Positions 56,087-64,000 of a stretch of 64,000 nt of DNA are shown piece by piece (the first letter of the stretch is position 1; each line of letters opens with the position of its first letter). The translations under genes were made by a program, and so were the position numbers. A model generated the notes under the pieces. The model searched no databases and was not told where the DNA came from. It worked only from the letters and a program-made list of their open reading frames with translations. The stretch comes from Dehalococcoidia bacterium (GTDB lineage Bacteria; Chloroflexota; Dehalococcoidia; Lucifugimonadales; Lucifugimonadaceae). The DNA lies in contig CBDCYP010000001.1 in assembly GCA_965224235.1 (NCBI GenBank), forward strand, positions 768,848-832,847, written 5' to 3'.

Positions 56087-57079
56087 TTATCTCGCAGGAC
56101 TGTCAGCGCCCAACCTGCCCGCCTTGCCAGCCCGCGGGTGAGCAGCAAGATACACCCTCCGCGCGCTTTCCGCCGATACATGGGTGTAGATCTGCGTCGT
56201 GGCCGGACTGGCATGGCCGAGCAATTCCTGGACCACGCGCAGGTCGGCGCCGCCATCTAGCAAGTGCGTAGCGAAGCTGTGGCGAAGTGTGTGCGTGTGG
56301 AAGTCAGGGTCCAGCCCCGCCTGCAGTGCGTACTTCTTGACCATCATCTGAATGCCCCGCACGGATAGTCTGCCACCGTACTTGTTGAGGAACAACGCAG
56401 CGTCACTGCGCCGCTTTGACATCGTTGGCCGCCCATGCTCCAGGTAGTGTTTGAGCCACCGCGCGGATGGAGCGCCAAGCAACGCCACTCGCTGCTTTGA
56501 GCCCTTGCCGATAACCCTGATCTCACGCGCGGCCAGATTGAGGTCTCCCAGGTCCGCGCCGTGCGCCTCGGATACCCGAAGCCCGGATGCGTAGAGGGCC
56601 TCCAGAAGCGCTTTATCTCTCATACCGGCAGCGGATTTTGTGTCCGGTTCGCTGAGCAATAATTCGACCTGCTCCAGCGATGCGGTCCCCGGAAGTCGCC
56701 TGTCCAACCGCGGCGCCGACACATTTTCAACCTGGTCCGACTTCGCGACGCTTGTCTCTTTCAAGTAACGGTAGAACTGACGCAGGGCGGTCAGTTTGCG
56801 GGAAACGCTGGGCCGCTCGTAGCCGATCTCGATCAACCATGCCAGATAACCGCGCAATAGCCTGCGCCCCGGACTGTCGAGTTCACGGACTCCCCGTTTG
56901 TCCAGATACGTGAAGAATGGAACAAGATCGCTCAGATAGTTCCGGACCGTATACGGGGACATTTGCCGCATTGCGCGTAAATGGTCGGCATATTTGGCTA
57001 CCACGCCGGACCAGGGAGTGCCTTTCAGGGCGTGCTCAAGCCCGGGAACGGGTATTTGCCCGCCGGTCTCGCTAATCAA
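56087..57079 (-). CDS. xerC: tyrosine site-specific recombinase XerC/XerD
   Basis: ASGLRVSEA, HTLRHSFATHLLDGGADLRVVQELLGHASPATTQIYTHV. Lies in the conserved dprA-topA-xerC neighbourhood. Confidence 0.85.
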   Translation of the reverse strand: MISETGGQIPVPGLEHALKGTPWSGVVAKYADHLRAMRQMSPYTVRNYLSDLVPFFTYLDKRGVRELDSPGRRLLRGYLAWLIEIGYERPSVSRKLTALRQFYRYLKETSVAKSDQVENVSAPRLDRRLPGTASLEQVELLLSEPDTKSAAGMRDKALLEALYASGLRVSEAHGADLGDLNLAAREIRVIGKGSKQRVALLGAPSARWLKHYLEHGRPTMSKRRSDAALFLNKYGGRLSVRGIQMMVKKYALQAGLDPDFHTHTLRHSFATHLLDGGADLRVVQELLGHASPATTQIYTHVSAESARRVYLAAHPRAGKAGRLGADSPAR

Positions 57080-57160
57080 AACGCCGACCTGGGCACTTGG
57101 CCGCGGACAACGAACGCAGGGTGGCCGGACCGACCCTGCGTGTGACGGCTCGTGGCCGGG

Positions 57161-59323
57161 TTAGACCTCGGCCATTTCTGGGACCTGATCGGCCTGAACC
57201 GGCTCCGGCGGAGGTCCTCTGAACTTGCAGTCCACGCAGCTCGCCGTGTTTCGTCCGGATAGGGTGAGCAGGCCCCCGCACTCCGGGCAACTCTCCTTCA
57301 GAGGCCGTCGTCCGGTTAGGAAATCGCAGTCCGGGTACGTCGCGCATCCGTAGAACGTACGGCTCTTGCTGTTCCGTTTCTCCAGCAGTTCGCCTTTGCC
57401 GCATTTCGGGCACGTGATTCCGGTGCCAACGCGGATTGGGCGCGAATTCCGGCACTCCGGGAAGCCGCTGCACGACAAGAATTTGCCGTAGCGACCGCTT
57501 CTTATGACCATTGGCCGTTCGCACTTTTCGCAGACCTCGTCGCTTTCTTCCACCAGCTTCGATCGGTCTACTCGAGCTGCGTGCTCTCTCGCGTGTTCTA
57601 CCTGTTTATCGAATGGTTCATAAAATTCGCCGAGCATCGGAACCCATTCGACGCGGCCCTCGGCGATCTGGTCCAGCCGCTCCTCCATGCCGGCGGTAAA
57701 TCCTGGATCCATTATGTCCGGGAAGTTTTCAGTGAGCAGGTCGGAGACGGCGGCGCCAAGCGGCGTGGGTTTGAATCTTCGACTCTCGCGGCTCACGTAC
57801 TCCCTTTGCTCGATTGTGCCCACTATCGACGCGTAAGTGCTAGGCCGCCCGATGCCCTGTTCCTCCAAAGTCCGTATGAGCATCGCCTCTGAAAAACGAG
57901 GGGGCGGTTTTGTGAACTTTTGCTCGGAGTTGACCTTGATCAGCGAAAGTTCCTGATCATTGGATAGTTTCGGAAGTCTCTTCTCGTCGTTTTCTTCTTC
58001 ATCGTCGCGGGCTTCGACATAGACAATGCGGAACCCCTCGAACTTCATTACCCTGCCCGCAGCCCGAACGGTGTATTCCTTGCCGTTACTCGCCACGGCC
58101 TGGATCTCCACGGTTGTCGAGTCCAGGATCGCGTCTTTCATCTGGCTGGCCACCATCCGTTTCCAGATGAGGTCGTATAGCCGAAGCTGATCCCGGCTCA
58201 CGTACTTTTTCAAGTCTGCGGGCGTGCGGTACGCTGAAGTCGGTCTGATCGCTTCGTGGGCTTCCTGTGCCGAACGGGCACTGGTTTTGTAGGTCCGCGG
58301 CTTGTCGGCGAACTCGGGGCCGTATTTTCCTTTAATGAACTTATTCGTTTCAGCAAGCGCGCTCGCCGCCAGGTTTACCGAGTCGGTCCTCATGTACGTG
58401 ATGAGACCCACGGGGTCTTCCTCACCTACCTGGATTCCCTCGTACAGCTCCTGCGCGATCCGCATCGTCCGTTGTGCGCCGAGTCCGAGCCGTCTGGCCG
58501 CCTCTTGCTGCATGGTGCTGGTCGTGAAGGGCGGCTGCGGCTTCTGCCGGATCTCGCGGGTCTTTACCTGACTGACGCGGTAGGCCGCAACCTGGAGGTC
58601 TGCCGTTATGGCGCTCGCCTTTTCCCCGTTCGGTACCTGGGCTTTGCCCTTCTCACCCGCTATTCTCTGCAAACTCGCCCTAAACGATGCCGTAGGCGCT
58701 CCGCCCTTGCCGGACAAATCGACGCTGATGGACCAGTACTCGACAGGTTTGAAAGCCTGAATCTCACGCTCGCGGTCGACTATTAGCCGCAGAGCCACCG
58801 ACTGAACACGCCCCGCCGAGAGACCTCTTCGGATCTTGCTCCACAAGACCGGGCTGAGTTTGTATCCGACGATGCGGTCCAGGATTCTCCTGGCCTGCTG
58901 GGCGTTGACCAGCTGCATATCGATCTGGCGCGGGTCGTTGAACGCTTCGTCGATGGCCGGCTTGGTTATTTCGTGGAACACAACCCGTTTCAGCGAGGAG
59001 GAATCCTGCCGGAGCCCCACTGCCTCGACCATGTGCCACGAGATCGCTTCGCCCTCACGGTCGGGGTCCGTTGCCAGATACACCGACTCCGCTCCCTTGG
59101 CCGCCTTCTTTATTTCCCGAATGACCGACTCTCGGCCCCGCACCTGTTCGTACGTCGGTTCAAAATCTTTTTCGATGTCGACGCCCATCGTTTTTCTTGG
59201 CAGATCGCGTACGTGCCCCATCGAAGCCTTCACGACGTATTTGTCACCCAGAAAACGAGCGACCGTCCGCGCCTTCGCAGGCGACTCAACGATCACAAGG
59301 TCTTTGTTCTTAGCTTTTGCCAA
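57161..59323 (-). CDS. topA: DNA topoisomerase I
   Basis: TOPRIM N-terminus LVIVESPAKA and the active-site region. The C-terminus has repeated CxxC zinc ribbons. Confidence 0.95.
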   Translation of the reverse strand: MAKAKNKDLVIVESPAKARTVARFLGDKYVVKASMGHVRDLPRKTMGVDIEKDFEPTYEQVRGRESVIREIKKAAKGAESVYLATDPDREGEAISWHMVEAVGLRQDSSSLKRVVFHEITKPAIDEAFNDPRQIDMQLVNAQQARRILDRIVGYKLSPVLWSKIRRGLSAGRVQSVALRLIVDREREIQAFKPVEYWSISVDLSGKGGAPTASFRASLQRIAGEKGKAQVPNGEKASAITADLQVAAYRVSQVKTREIRQKPQPPFTTSTMQQEAARRLGLGAQRTMRIAQELYEGIQVGEEDPVGLITYMRTDSVNLAASALAETNKFIKGKYGPEFADKPRTYKTSARSAQEAHEAIRPTSAYRTPADLKKYVSRDQLRLYDLIWKRMVASQMKDAILDSTTVEIQAVASNGKEYTVRAAGRVMKFEGFRIVYVEARDDEEENDEKRLPKLSNDQELSLIKVNSEQKFTKPPPRFSEAMLIRTLEEQGIGRPSTYASIVGTIEQREYVSRESRRFKPTPLGAAVSDLLTENFPDIMDPGFTAGMEERLDQIAEGRVEWVPMLGEFYEPFDKQVEHAREHAARVDRSKLVEESDEVCEKCERPMVIRSGRYGKFLSCSGFPECRNSRPIRVGTGITCPKCGKGELLEKRNSKSRTFYGCATYPDCDFLTGRRPLKESCPECGGLLTLSGRNTASCVDCKFRGPPPEPVQADQVPEMAEV

Positions 59324-60590
59324 TTTTCAGCCGATCCCTCAATTGTTTCCTGGCATCGTCCGATCCCAGAACAAACTGCATGGCCCCCGATTGTCGAACC
59401 TTTTGTTCCAGTTCGAGCATCGTGAGACTTGCCATTACATCTGCGGGTGGCGAGTCTACGGCACGTATGAGGTCATCAACGTGAGCTTGCCCCCCAAGAT
59501 CGCAAAGCGCGGCCAATATCCGGTTTTGCGTTGTTTCATTATTAGCAGACATTCCGGGCACGGAAATGGATTCGCCGGGCGAATCCGGAGTTTCTCTGGC
59601 CGAAAGTCCGGAAGATCCCGGTTGCGACCTGGGCAACTCCAATTGCTGACCAATACCCGCAATGTTCAACTCGTCAAGGACATCGTGGTGGTCAACCACG
59701 AGTTTGGCGCCCTGCTGGATAAGCCAGTTTGTGCCTGCGCTATTCTCAGAGATGACCGGCCCCGGCACCGCAAACACCTCGCGGTCCTGTTCCAGCGCCC
59801 ACCTTACCGTAAGCATGGCGCCTGATTTCATCCCTGCTTCTATAACAAGAACGCCGAGCGCCAGTCCGCTGATCACCCTGTTCCTGCGCGGAAAGTATTG
59901 GGCCTGAGGCAGCTTGCCCAGCGGATATTCCGAGATTAATGCTCCCTGTTCGCAGATGCGAGAAGCAAGCTTTGCATGCTCGGGAGGGTATATGCGGTCG
60001 AGACCGCCGCCCACCACCGCGACTGTACGCCCACCAGCATCGAGGGCCGCCTCGTGCGAGATGCCGTCGATACCCCGAGCCAACCCGCTGAATATCGTAG
60101 CCCCTGAGGCTGCCAAATTCCCTGCCAGTCTCCGGGCCATCTCGCGTCCGTAGGGCGACGCCCGCCGGGTTCCGACGACCGCTACGCCGCGTTCGTCTTC
60201 CGGCGCAAGATGGCCTCTGATGTAGATAACACTTGGTGGGGCGAAGATTTCGCGCAGCTGGTGAGGGTATTCGTCAGATCGCAAGTGAATCGCTCTGACA
60301 CCGGCCTGATATAGCTCCTCCAATTCCCCATCCGGATCGATACGAGGTCGGCCGGACTGAACTCCCGCGGCGGTGCGGGCGTCGAGCCCGGCTGCGGAAA
60401 GTTGGGCCGGATTCGATTTCCAGGCATCTTCAAGATTCCCAAAAAAAGACTCCAGCTTGGCAAACCGCGCCGGACCCAGTCCGGATATCCGGTGAAATGC
60501 GACCCAGTATTTGAGATCGTCTACCGTAGATGGAGATGGCAAATTGGAATACCTGAAGCGAAAACATGGCTCGACAGCTGAGCCCGGCAC
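59310..60590 (-). CDS. dprA: DNA-processing protein DprA (Smf)
   Basis: Rossmann-like core VVGTRRASPYG...SGLARGIDG and GMKSGAML. C-terminal winged-helix extension. 14-nt overlap with topA. The GTG start is uncertain. Confidence 0.85.
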   Translation of the reverse strand: MPGSAVEPCFRFRYSNLPSPSTVDDLKYWVAFHRISGLGPARFAKLESFFGNLEDAWKSNPAQLSAAGLDARTAAGVQSGRPRIDPDGELEELYQAGVRAIHLRSDEYPHQLREIFAPPSVIYIRGHLAPEDERGVAVVGTRRASPYGREMARRLAGNLAASGATIFSGLARGIDGISHEAALDAGGRTVAVVGGGLDRIYPPEHAKLASRICEQGALISEYPLGKLPQAQYFPRRNRVISGLALGVLVIEAGMKSGAMLTVRWALEQDREVFAVPGPVISENSAGTNWLIQQGAKLVVDHHDVLDELNIAGIGQQLELPRSQPGSSGLSARETPDSPGESISVPGMSANNETTQNRILAALCDLGGQAHVDDLIRAVDSPPADVMASLTMLELEQKVRQSGAMQFVLGSDDARKQLRDRLKIGKS

Positions 60591-60873
60591 AGACTACCTT
60601 ACAGACATCAAGGCCGAAAGCCCGCGTTGGCGTCATACCTCCGCCAACGGTTCTCTGAGCCAAACCCGGGCTCTCACGATGGTGACGGCGCCGAGTATCT
60701 GTCCATCAATTCGATGTTCGGCACAACCTTGTTGCCCCGCATGACGGCCACGTCAAGTTCAAGCAAATTCGCTAAGTCTCGCCTGATCGCCCATCCGAAA
60801 TCCAACTATCAGGCGCGATGCTCAGTCGACAAAATGCTGGCATTCCTAGTCGGTGATTCGAAATGCGGGCAGC

Positions 60874-61372
60874 ATGAATCGAGCACAGTGGCAGATTGTT
60901 TCATTTGTTGGCATCGTGGTCATTGCAACGCCTGCGTTTACCGCCTGTGGTGACGGCGACTCCGAAGCTTCTCCCCAGCCGACGCTCCCCCCGAAGTCAG
61001 ATCCGGCCGCGTATACCCAGGCCTTCGTACGGCAAGCCATCGACCGCTAAAACGCCGATGGGCTAGAGGAGGCCGTCGCGTTCTACAACGACAGTGATAG
61101 CGTCGATGGGCAGTGGCACATATTCGTCGCCGAGGACGACGGCCCAACGATCGCCCACATCGGTGATTCCAAACCTCGTCGGCCAACCATTCGTCGACAT
61201 TGTGGGGCCGGAAGGGTCTCCCGTCGGAATAGCGACCATGGATGGGGCCACGGCGGATGGCGCGTGGATCGACTACACCTATACAAACCCTGATTCCGGC
61301 GAAGTCGAATCGAAGCGCTCGTGGGCCGTCATTCACGACGGGCTCCTCTTCGGCTAAGGCTGGTACGAATAG
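60874..61372 (+). pseudogene. decayed gene for a Cache-like (single Cache / sCache_2-type) periplasmic lipoprotein
   Basis: Signal peptide plus lipobox MNRAQWQIVSFVGIVVIATPAFTAC. The homology-consistent reading requires read-through of TAA 61048-61050 (IDR*NADG), a +1 frame change near 61158-61175 (TIAHIG.. to ..IPNLVGQPF), and read-through of TAA 61355-61357 (LLFG*GWYE). Confidence 0.6.
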
Positions 61373-61543
61373 GCTGATAAGCCGCGAATAGCTGGACGCG
61401 CTCCGGGGATTCGTCCAACCATTCTTCCAGCGCCAAGCCCCCCACAAAGTTATCCGCTGTTGCTGACGCACCGGGGCCTGCATAATTTAAGCCGGTCCAA
61501 ATGGGGACGACTCAGTGAACAGGGATCGGCTCATTGGCCGATG

Positions 61544-61635
<92 letters not shown>

Positions 61636-61694
61636 CACGAACCAAGCGCACGACGCCCGGAGCAGATATTGCCGCCGACGCGAGTCGCACCGCC

Positions 61695-61785
61695 TGGCGG
61701 AGAGGGCGGGATTCGAACCCGCGATACCCGAACCGGGTATACCGGTTTTCGAGACCGGCGCTTTCAACCACTCAGCCACCTCTCC
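61695..61785 (-). tRNA. tRNA-Ser (anticodon CGA), CCA encoded
   Basis: GGAGAGGTGGCTGAGTGGTTGAAAGCG-CCGGT-CTCGAAA-ACCGG-long variable arm-GCGGGTTCGAATCCCGC-CCTCTCCGCCA. Closely resembles E. coli tRNA-Ser(CGA) as recalled from memory. Confidence 0.9.
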
Positions 61786-61795
61786 AAGCCAGAAA

Positions 61796-61804
61796 ATTGT
61801 ATCA
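61796..61804 (-). promoter_or_regulatory. candidate extended -10 (TGATACAAT) for the tRNA-Ser pair
   Basis: On the minus strand, TGATACAAT lies 10 nt upstream of the mature 5' end of tRNA-Ser(CGA). There is no good -35 element. Confidence 0.35.
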
Positions 61805-62083
61805 AAGGTCCAGGTGACCCCACCCGCGAGAATGGGGATGCCCGTCACTTTCAATTCGGCCCGCTCCACCGATTCCCCTTATTGACAGGGTTGACACTTT
61901 CGAAATGCCATACTTAGCATTGTCTTGTTCGCCACGCGCTGAAAATCTCATTCGTACCGGCCCAAAACCCATGACACCGTACGTGCTCCACATCTTTGGA
62001 CCACGTACACGTCCTTTATTGTCCGCTCGGGATTCAGGCGCATCGTTCTTCGATCCGCGTTCGAAGGGGGACGGGTCCGCAGA

Positions 62084-63451
62084 ATGACAAACGCCTTTAG
62101 GGGTGTCATCCTGGCAGCCGGCAAGGGCGCCAGAATGAAGTCCAGCATTCCAAAAACGCTGCACGAAGTGTGCGGGGCGCCGATGCTCAGCCACGTTGCC
62201 GCTGCCATTAGAAACGCCGGTGTCAATCAGCTTGTTGTAGTGGCCGACCCAGTGACGGCTGAGTCTCCGCTGTTGGCGTCCGCCGCCGGAAGCGGCGCAA
62301 GAATCGCCGCGCAGCCCGAACCGCTTGGCACGGCCGACGCCCTGATTTCAGCGAAAGAGATGTGCGAAAATTCTGCATCCGTTCTCGTCTGCGCGGCCGA
62401 CATGCCGCTCGTAAGATCTTCTTCCGTAAGACGCCTGCTAGCGGAACACGACAACAGCGGCGCGCTCGTGACCGTTCTGACAGCCCGAGTGGACTCCCCC
62501 AATGGGATGGGTAGAATTCGCAGGAGTTCTTCGGGTGACCCGGTCGCCATCATTGAGGAAGAGGCCGCCGACGGTGAAACCCTCGCCATCGAAGAGGTCA
62601 ACACCAGTTGGTACTGCTTTGCGTCGGAATGGTTGTGGGACTCTCTGGAAAGAGTGCAACTCTCAAACAGTGGCGAAAAGCATCTTACTGACCTCTTGGA
62701 AGTGGCTGCTCGGGAGGGATCAGCCGCCGCCGTTGAGGTGGAGGATCCCACCGAGGCGCTGGGAGTGAACGACCGCAGCCAGTTGGCTGTTGTCGAAGGG
62801 CTAATGAGGGACCGCATCAGAACCCGCTGGATGCGGGCAGGCGTTACGCTCAAAGACCCGGCAACTACGTACATAGACATCGACGCTGTACCGAGCCCCG
62901 ACAGCGTCATCTATCCAGGTACTCACATCCTGGGTAACACCCGAATCGGAAGAGATTGTCAAATTGGTCCCGCCACCGTGCTCAAGGACTGTGAAGTCGC
63001 AGACGGGGCGACAGTGATCAGTTCTCACTGCGAAGGCGCCAGCATCGGCGCGAGGACGTCGGTGGGTCCCTTGAGCCGGCTTCGCACCGGCGCGAAACTC
63101 GCAGACGGGGTATACGTTGGTAACTTCGTAGAGATCAAAAATAGTGTCGTCCGAACCGGCGCACACATCGGCCACTTCAGCTACGTGGGCGATGCGGAGG
63201 TGGGGCGAGACGCAAATGTCGGCGCCGGCGCAGTGACATGCAACTACGACGGCACGAACAAGCATAAGACCATAGTCAGGGACGGGGCTTTCATTGGATC
63301 AGGCTCCATGCTCGTTGCGCCGGTAGACATTGGCAGCGGCGCGCGCACCGGCGCAGGGGCCGTAGTGATAAATGACGTACCGGCCGGCGAGTTGGTAGTC
63401 GGCGTTCCGGCCCGCAAGATAGACCGAAAGTCACCCACAGGAGAGATGTGA
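62084..63451 (+). CDS. glmU: bifunctional UDP-N-acetylglucosamine pyrophosphorylase / glucosamine-1-phosphate N-acetyltransferase
   Basis: VILAAGKGARMKSSIPKTLH N-terminus and C-terminal left-handed beta-helix hexapeptide repeats. Confidence 0.95.
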   Translation: MTNAFRGVILAAGKGARMKSSIPKTLHEVCGAPMLSHVAAAIRNAGVNQLVVVADPVTAESPLLASAAGSGARIAAQPEPLGTADALISAKEMCENSASVLVCAADMPLVRSSSVRRLLAEHDNSGALVTVLTARVDSPNGMGRIRRSSSGDPVAIIEEEAADGETLAIEEVNTSWYCFASEWLWDSLERVQLSNSGEKHLTDLLEVAAREGSAAAVEVEDPTEALGVNDRSQLAVVEGLMRDRIRTRWMRAGVTLKDPATTYIDIDAVPSPDSVIYPGTHILGNTRIGRDCQIGPATVLKDCEVADGATVISSHCEGASIGARTSVGPLSRLRTGAKLADGVYVGNFVEIKNSVVRTGAHIGHFSYVGDAEVGRDANVGAGAVTCNYDGTNKHKTIVRDGAFIGSGSMLVAPVDIGSGARTGAGAVVINDVPAGELVVGVPARKIDRKSPTGEM

Positions 63452-63539
63452 CTCCAATGACGAATCTCGAAGATGCAGGATGCAGTACCAGCGCCGGGGC
63501 GGATCCGGATGATACGGACGCCGCGCCCGGGGGTGAACG

Positions 63540-64000
63540 ATGACCTCCGAGGCGTGGCTGCCCTGGGCCATCGTGGGCCTGAGCGCGTTCGCCGGCCTGC
63601 TGATAAATCTGGCGACGACCGTGTTTGGCCCGGCAGGCGGCGGATTGGCCGGGCTCGGCCGCGCCAACAACGGCTCCGATGACACTGAGTACCTCCCACA
63701 ACTGGACGCAGGCGCCCGCGGCCTGGCGAACACTCTCCGCGTTGGGGGCCTGCTGGCAGGCGCCGCCGCGTTTTCCGTGGCGTTGGAGGGAACTCCGGTA
63801 AAGACCGATGCAATCATCGCAGGAAGCGGGGCTAGCTTGGGCGTCGGGGTGGCGACGGCGGTGTTGTCCTCGACAGTCGGCAACCGATTCCGAGACGGCC
63901 TTCGGCCAGTCATTTCCCCCGTCGCATTTGCGCTGAGGTTCGGCGCGTCCCTCTCCGGGGTCTCCCGAATGACGTCGGTAGTAGCTGGACACAAAACGGG
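63540..64000 (+). CDS. hypothetical membrane protein, 5' part (runs off the window)
   Basis: Not in the ORF track because it has no stop within the window. ATG 63540 is the first start after an in-frame TGA, and the frame is open to 64000. Strong G/C third-position bias. Translates as MTSEAWLPWAIVGLSAFAGLLINLATTVFGP... with hydrophobic segments. The competing minus-strand ORFs look like shadows. Confidence 0.55.
   Translation, partial: MTSEAWLPWAIVGLSAFAGLLINLATTVFGPAGGGLAGLGRANNGSDDTEYLPQLDAGARGLANTLRVGGLLAGAAAFSVALEGTPVKTDAIIAGSGASLGVGVATAVLSSTVGNRFRDGLRPVISPVAFALRFGASLSGVSRMTSVVAGHKT

Noticed and set aside
54936-56141. Long antisense ORFs: 401 aa here, and also 18892-19845 (+), 36459-37505 (+), 58836-59825 (+), 53399-54181 (+), 10588-11325 (+) and 15015-15830 (+).
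   Set aside because: Each lies entirely opposite a gene with unmistakable family motifs (amidohydrolase/xerC, yceD, CocE, topA/dprA, pepP, accDA, rnj). Their translations are Arg/Pro/Gly-rich low-complexity strings, typical of shadow ORFs in GC-rich DNA.
56087-57079. Tyrosine recombinase as the integrase of a genomic island, given that tRNA-Ser genes lie about 4.5 kb away.
   Set aside because: It sits in the widely conserved dprA-topA-xerC housekeeping arrangement and has XerC/XerD-type motifs. The genes between it and the tRNAs are core genes, and I saw no att-like tRNA fragment repeats.
61048-61357. In-frame TAA codons at conserved positions in the Cache lipoprotein gene as evidence of stop-codon reassignment.
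   Set aside because: TAA clearly terminates bona fide genes in the same window, for example efp at 52817 and cassette gene A at 2591. The same locus also carries a frameshift, so ordinary pseudogenisation or sequencing error is the better explanation.
61882-61896. Tandem TTGACA-ggg-TTGACA upstream of glmU, considered as a promoter -35 pair or operator.
   Set aside because: No acceptable -10 hexamer lies 16-18 nt from either copy; CATACT and TACTTA fall at the wrong spacing. The site is about 190 nt from the glmU ATG. It is too weak to call.
63244-63994. Three overlapping minus-strand ORFs (187-233 aa) at the right edge of the window.
   Set aside because: Their translations are Arg/Pro/Ala-rich shadows. 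The plus-strand frame from ATG 63540 is open to the window end, has strong G/C third-position bias and encodes membrane-like segments, so it is preferred.

Overview
GC-rich bacterial chromosomal segment, probably from an uncultured organism. The gene content and the repeat types resemble Chloroflexota or SAR202-like genomes, but that placement is only an inference. All calls come from reading the ORF track and the raw sequence; no database search was run.

Most of the window is conserved housekeeping sequence:
- thiG-thiE-thiS behind a TPP riboswitch
- a fused accD/accA, ftsK, RNase J and a family-4 UDG
- yceD-rpmF-fabD-nusB-acpP
- ruvC-ruvA-ruvB and an AceE-like E1
- aspS, tig-clpP-clpX, xseA-xseB and efp-pepP-aroQ
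- xerC-topA-dprA, two tRNA-Ser genes and glmU

Metabolic and transport genes are interspersed:
- two tandem ManD-type enolase-superfamily dehydratases
- a heterodimeric ABC exporter
- a peptide-type ABC importer with no ATPase genes
- a CocE/NonD hydrolase, a DapA-like lyase and a ferredoxin-type sulfite reductase

The clearly non-ordinary part is 1685-3479. Two 353-bp near-identical direct repeats, each a copy of the manD 3' end / ycaQ 5' end junction, bracket a 1.09-kb insert. The insert carries a tightly coupled pair of small genes (143 aa and 124 aa) that I cannot assign to any family, plus a 165-bp MITE-like element with 23-nt inverted termini. This is my best candidate for a novel accessory system, either toxin-antitoxin-like or defence-like.

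Smaller accessory or decay signals:
- a HigB/HigA module with an adjacent palindrome
- a decayed Cache-type lipoprotein gene (two in-frame TAA codons plus a frameshift)
- an ABC exporter gene whose first transmembrane helix lies upstream of any canonical start codon
- a 407-bp ruvA-ruvB spacer with a terminator-like hairpin and a REP-like palindrome

No CRISPR array, rRNA gene, transposase or reverse transcriptase was seen.
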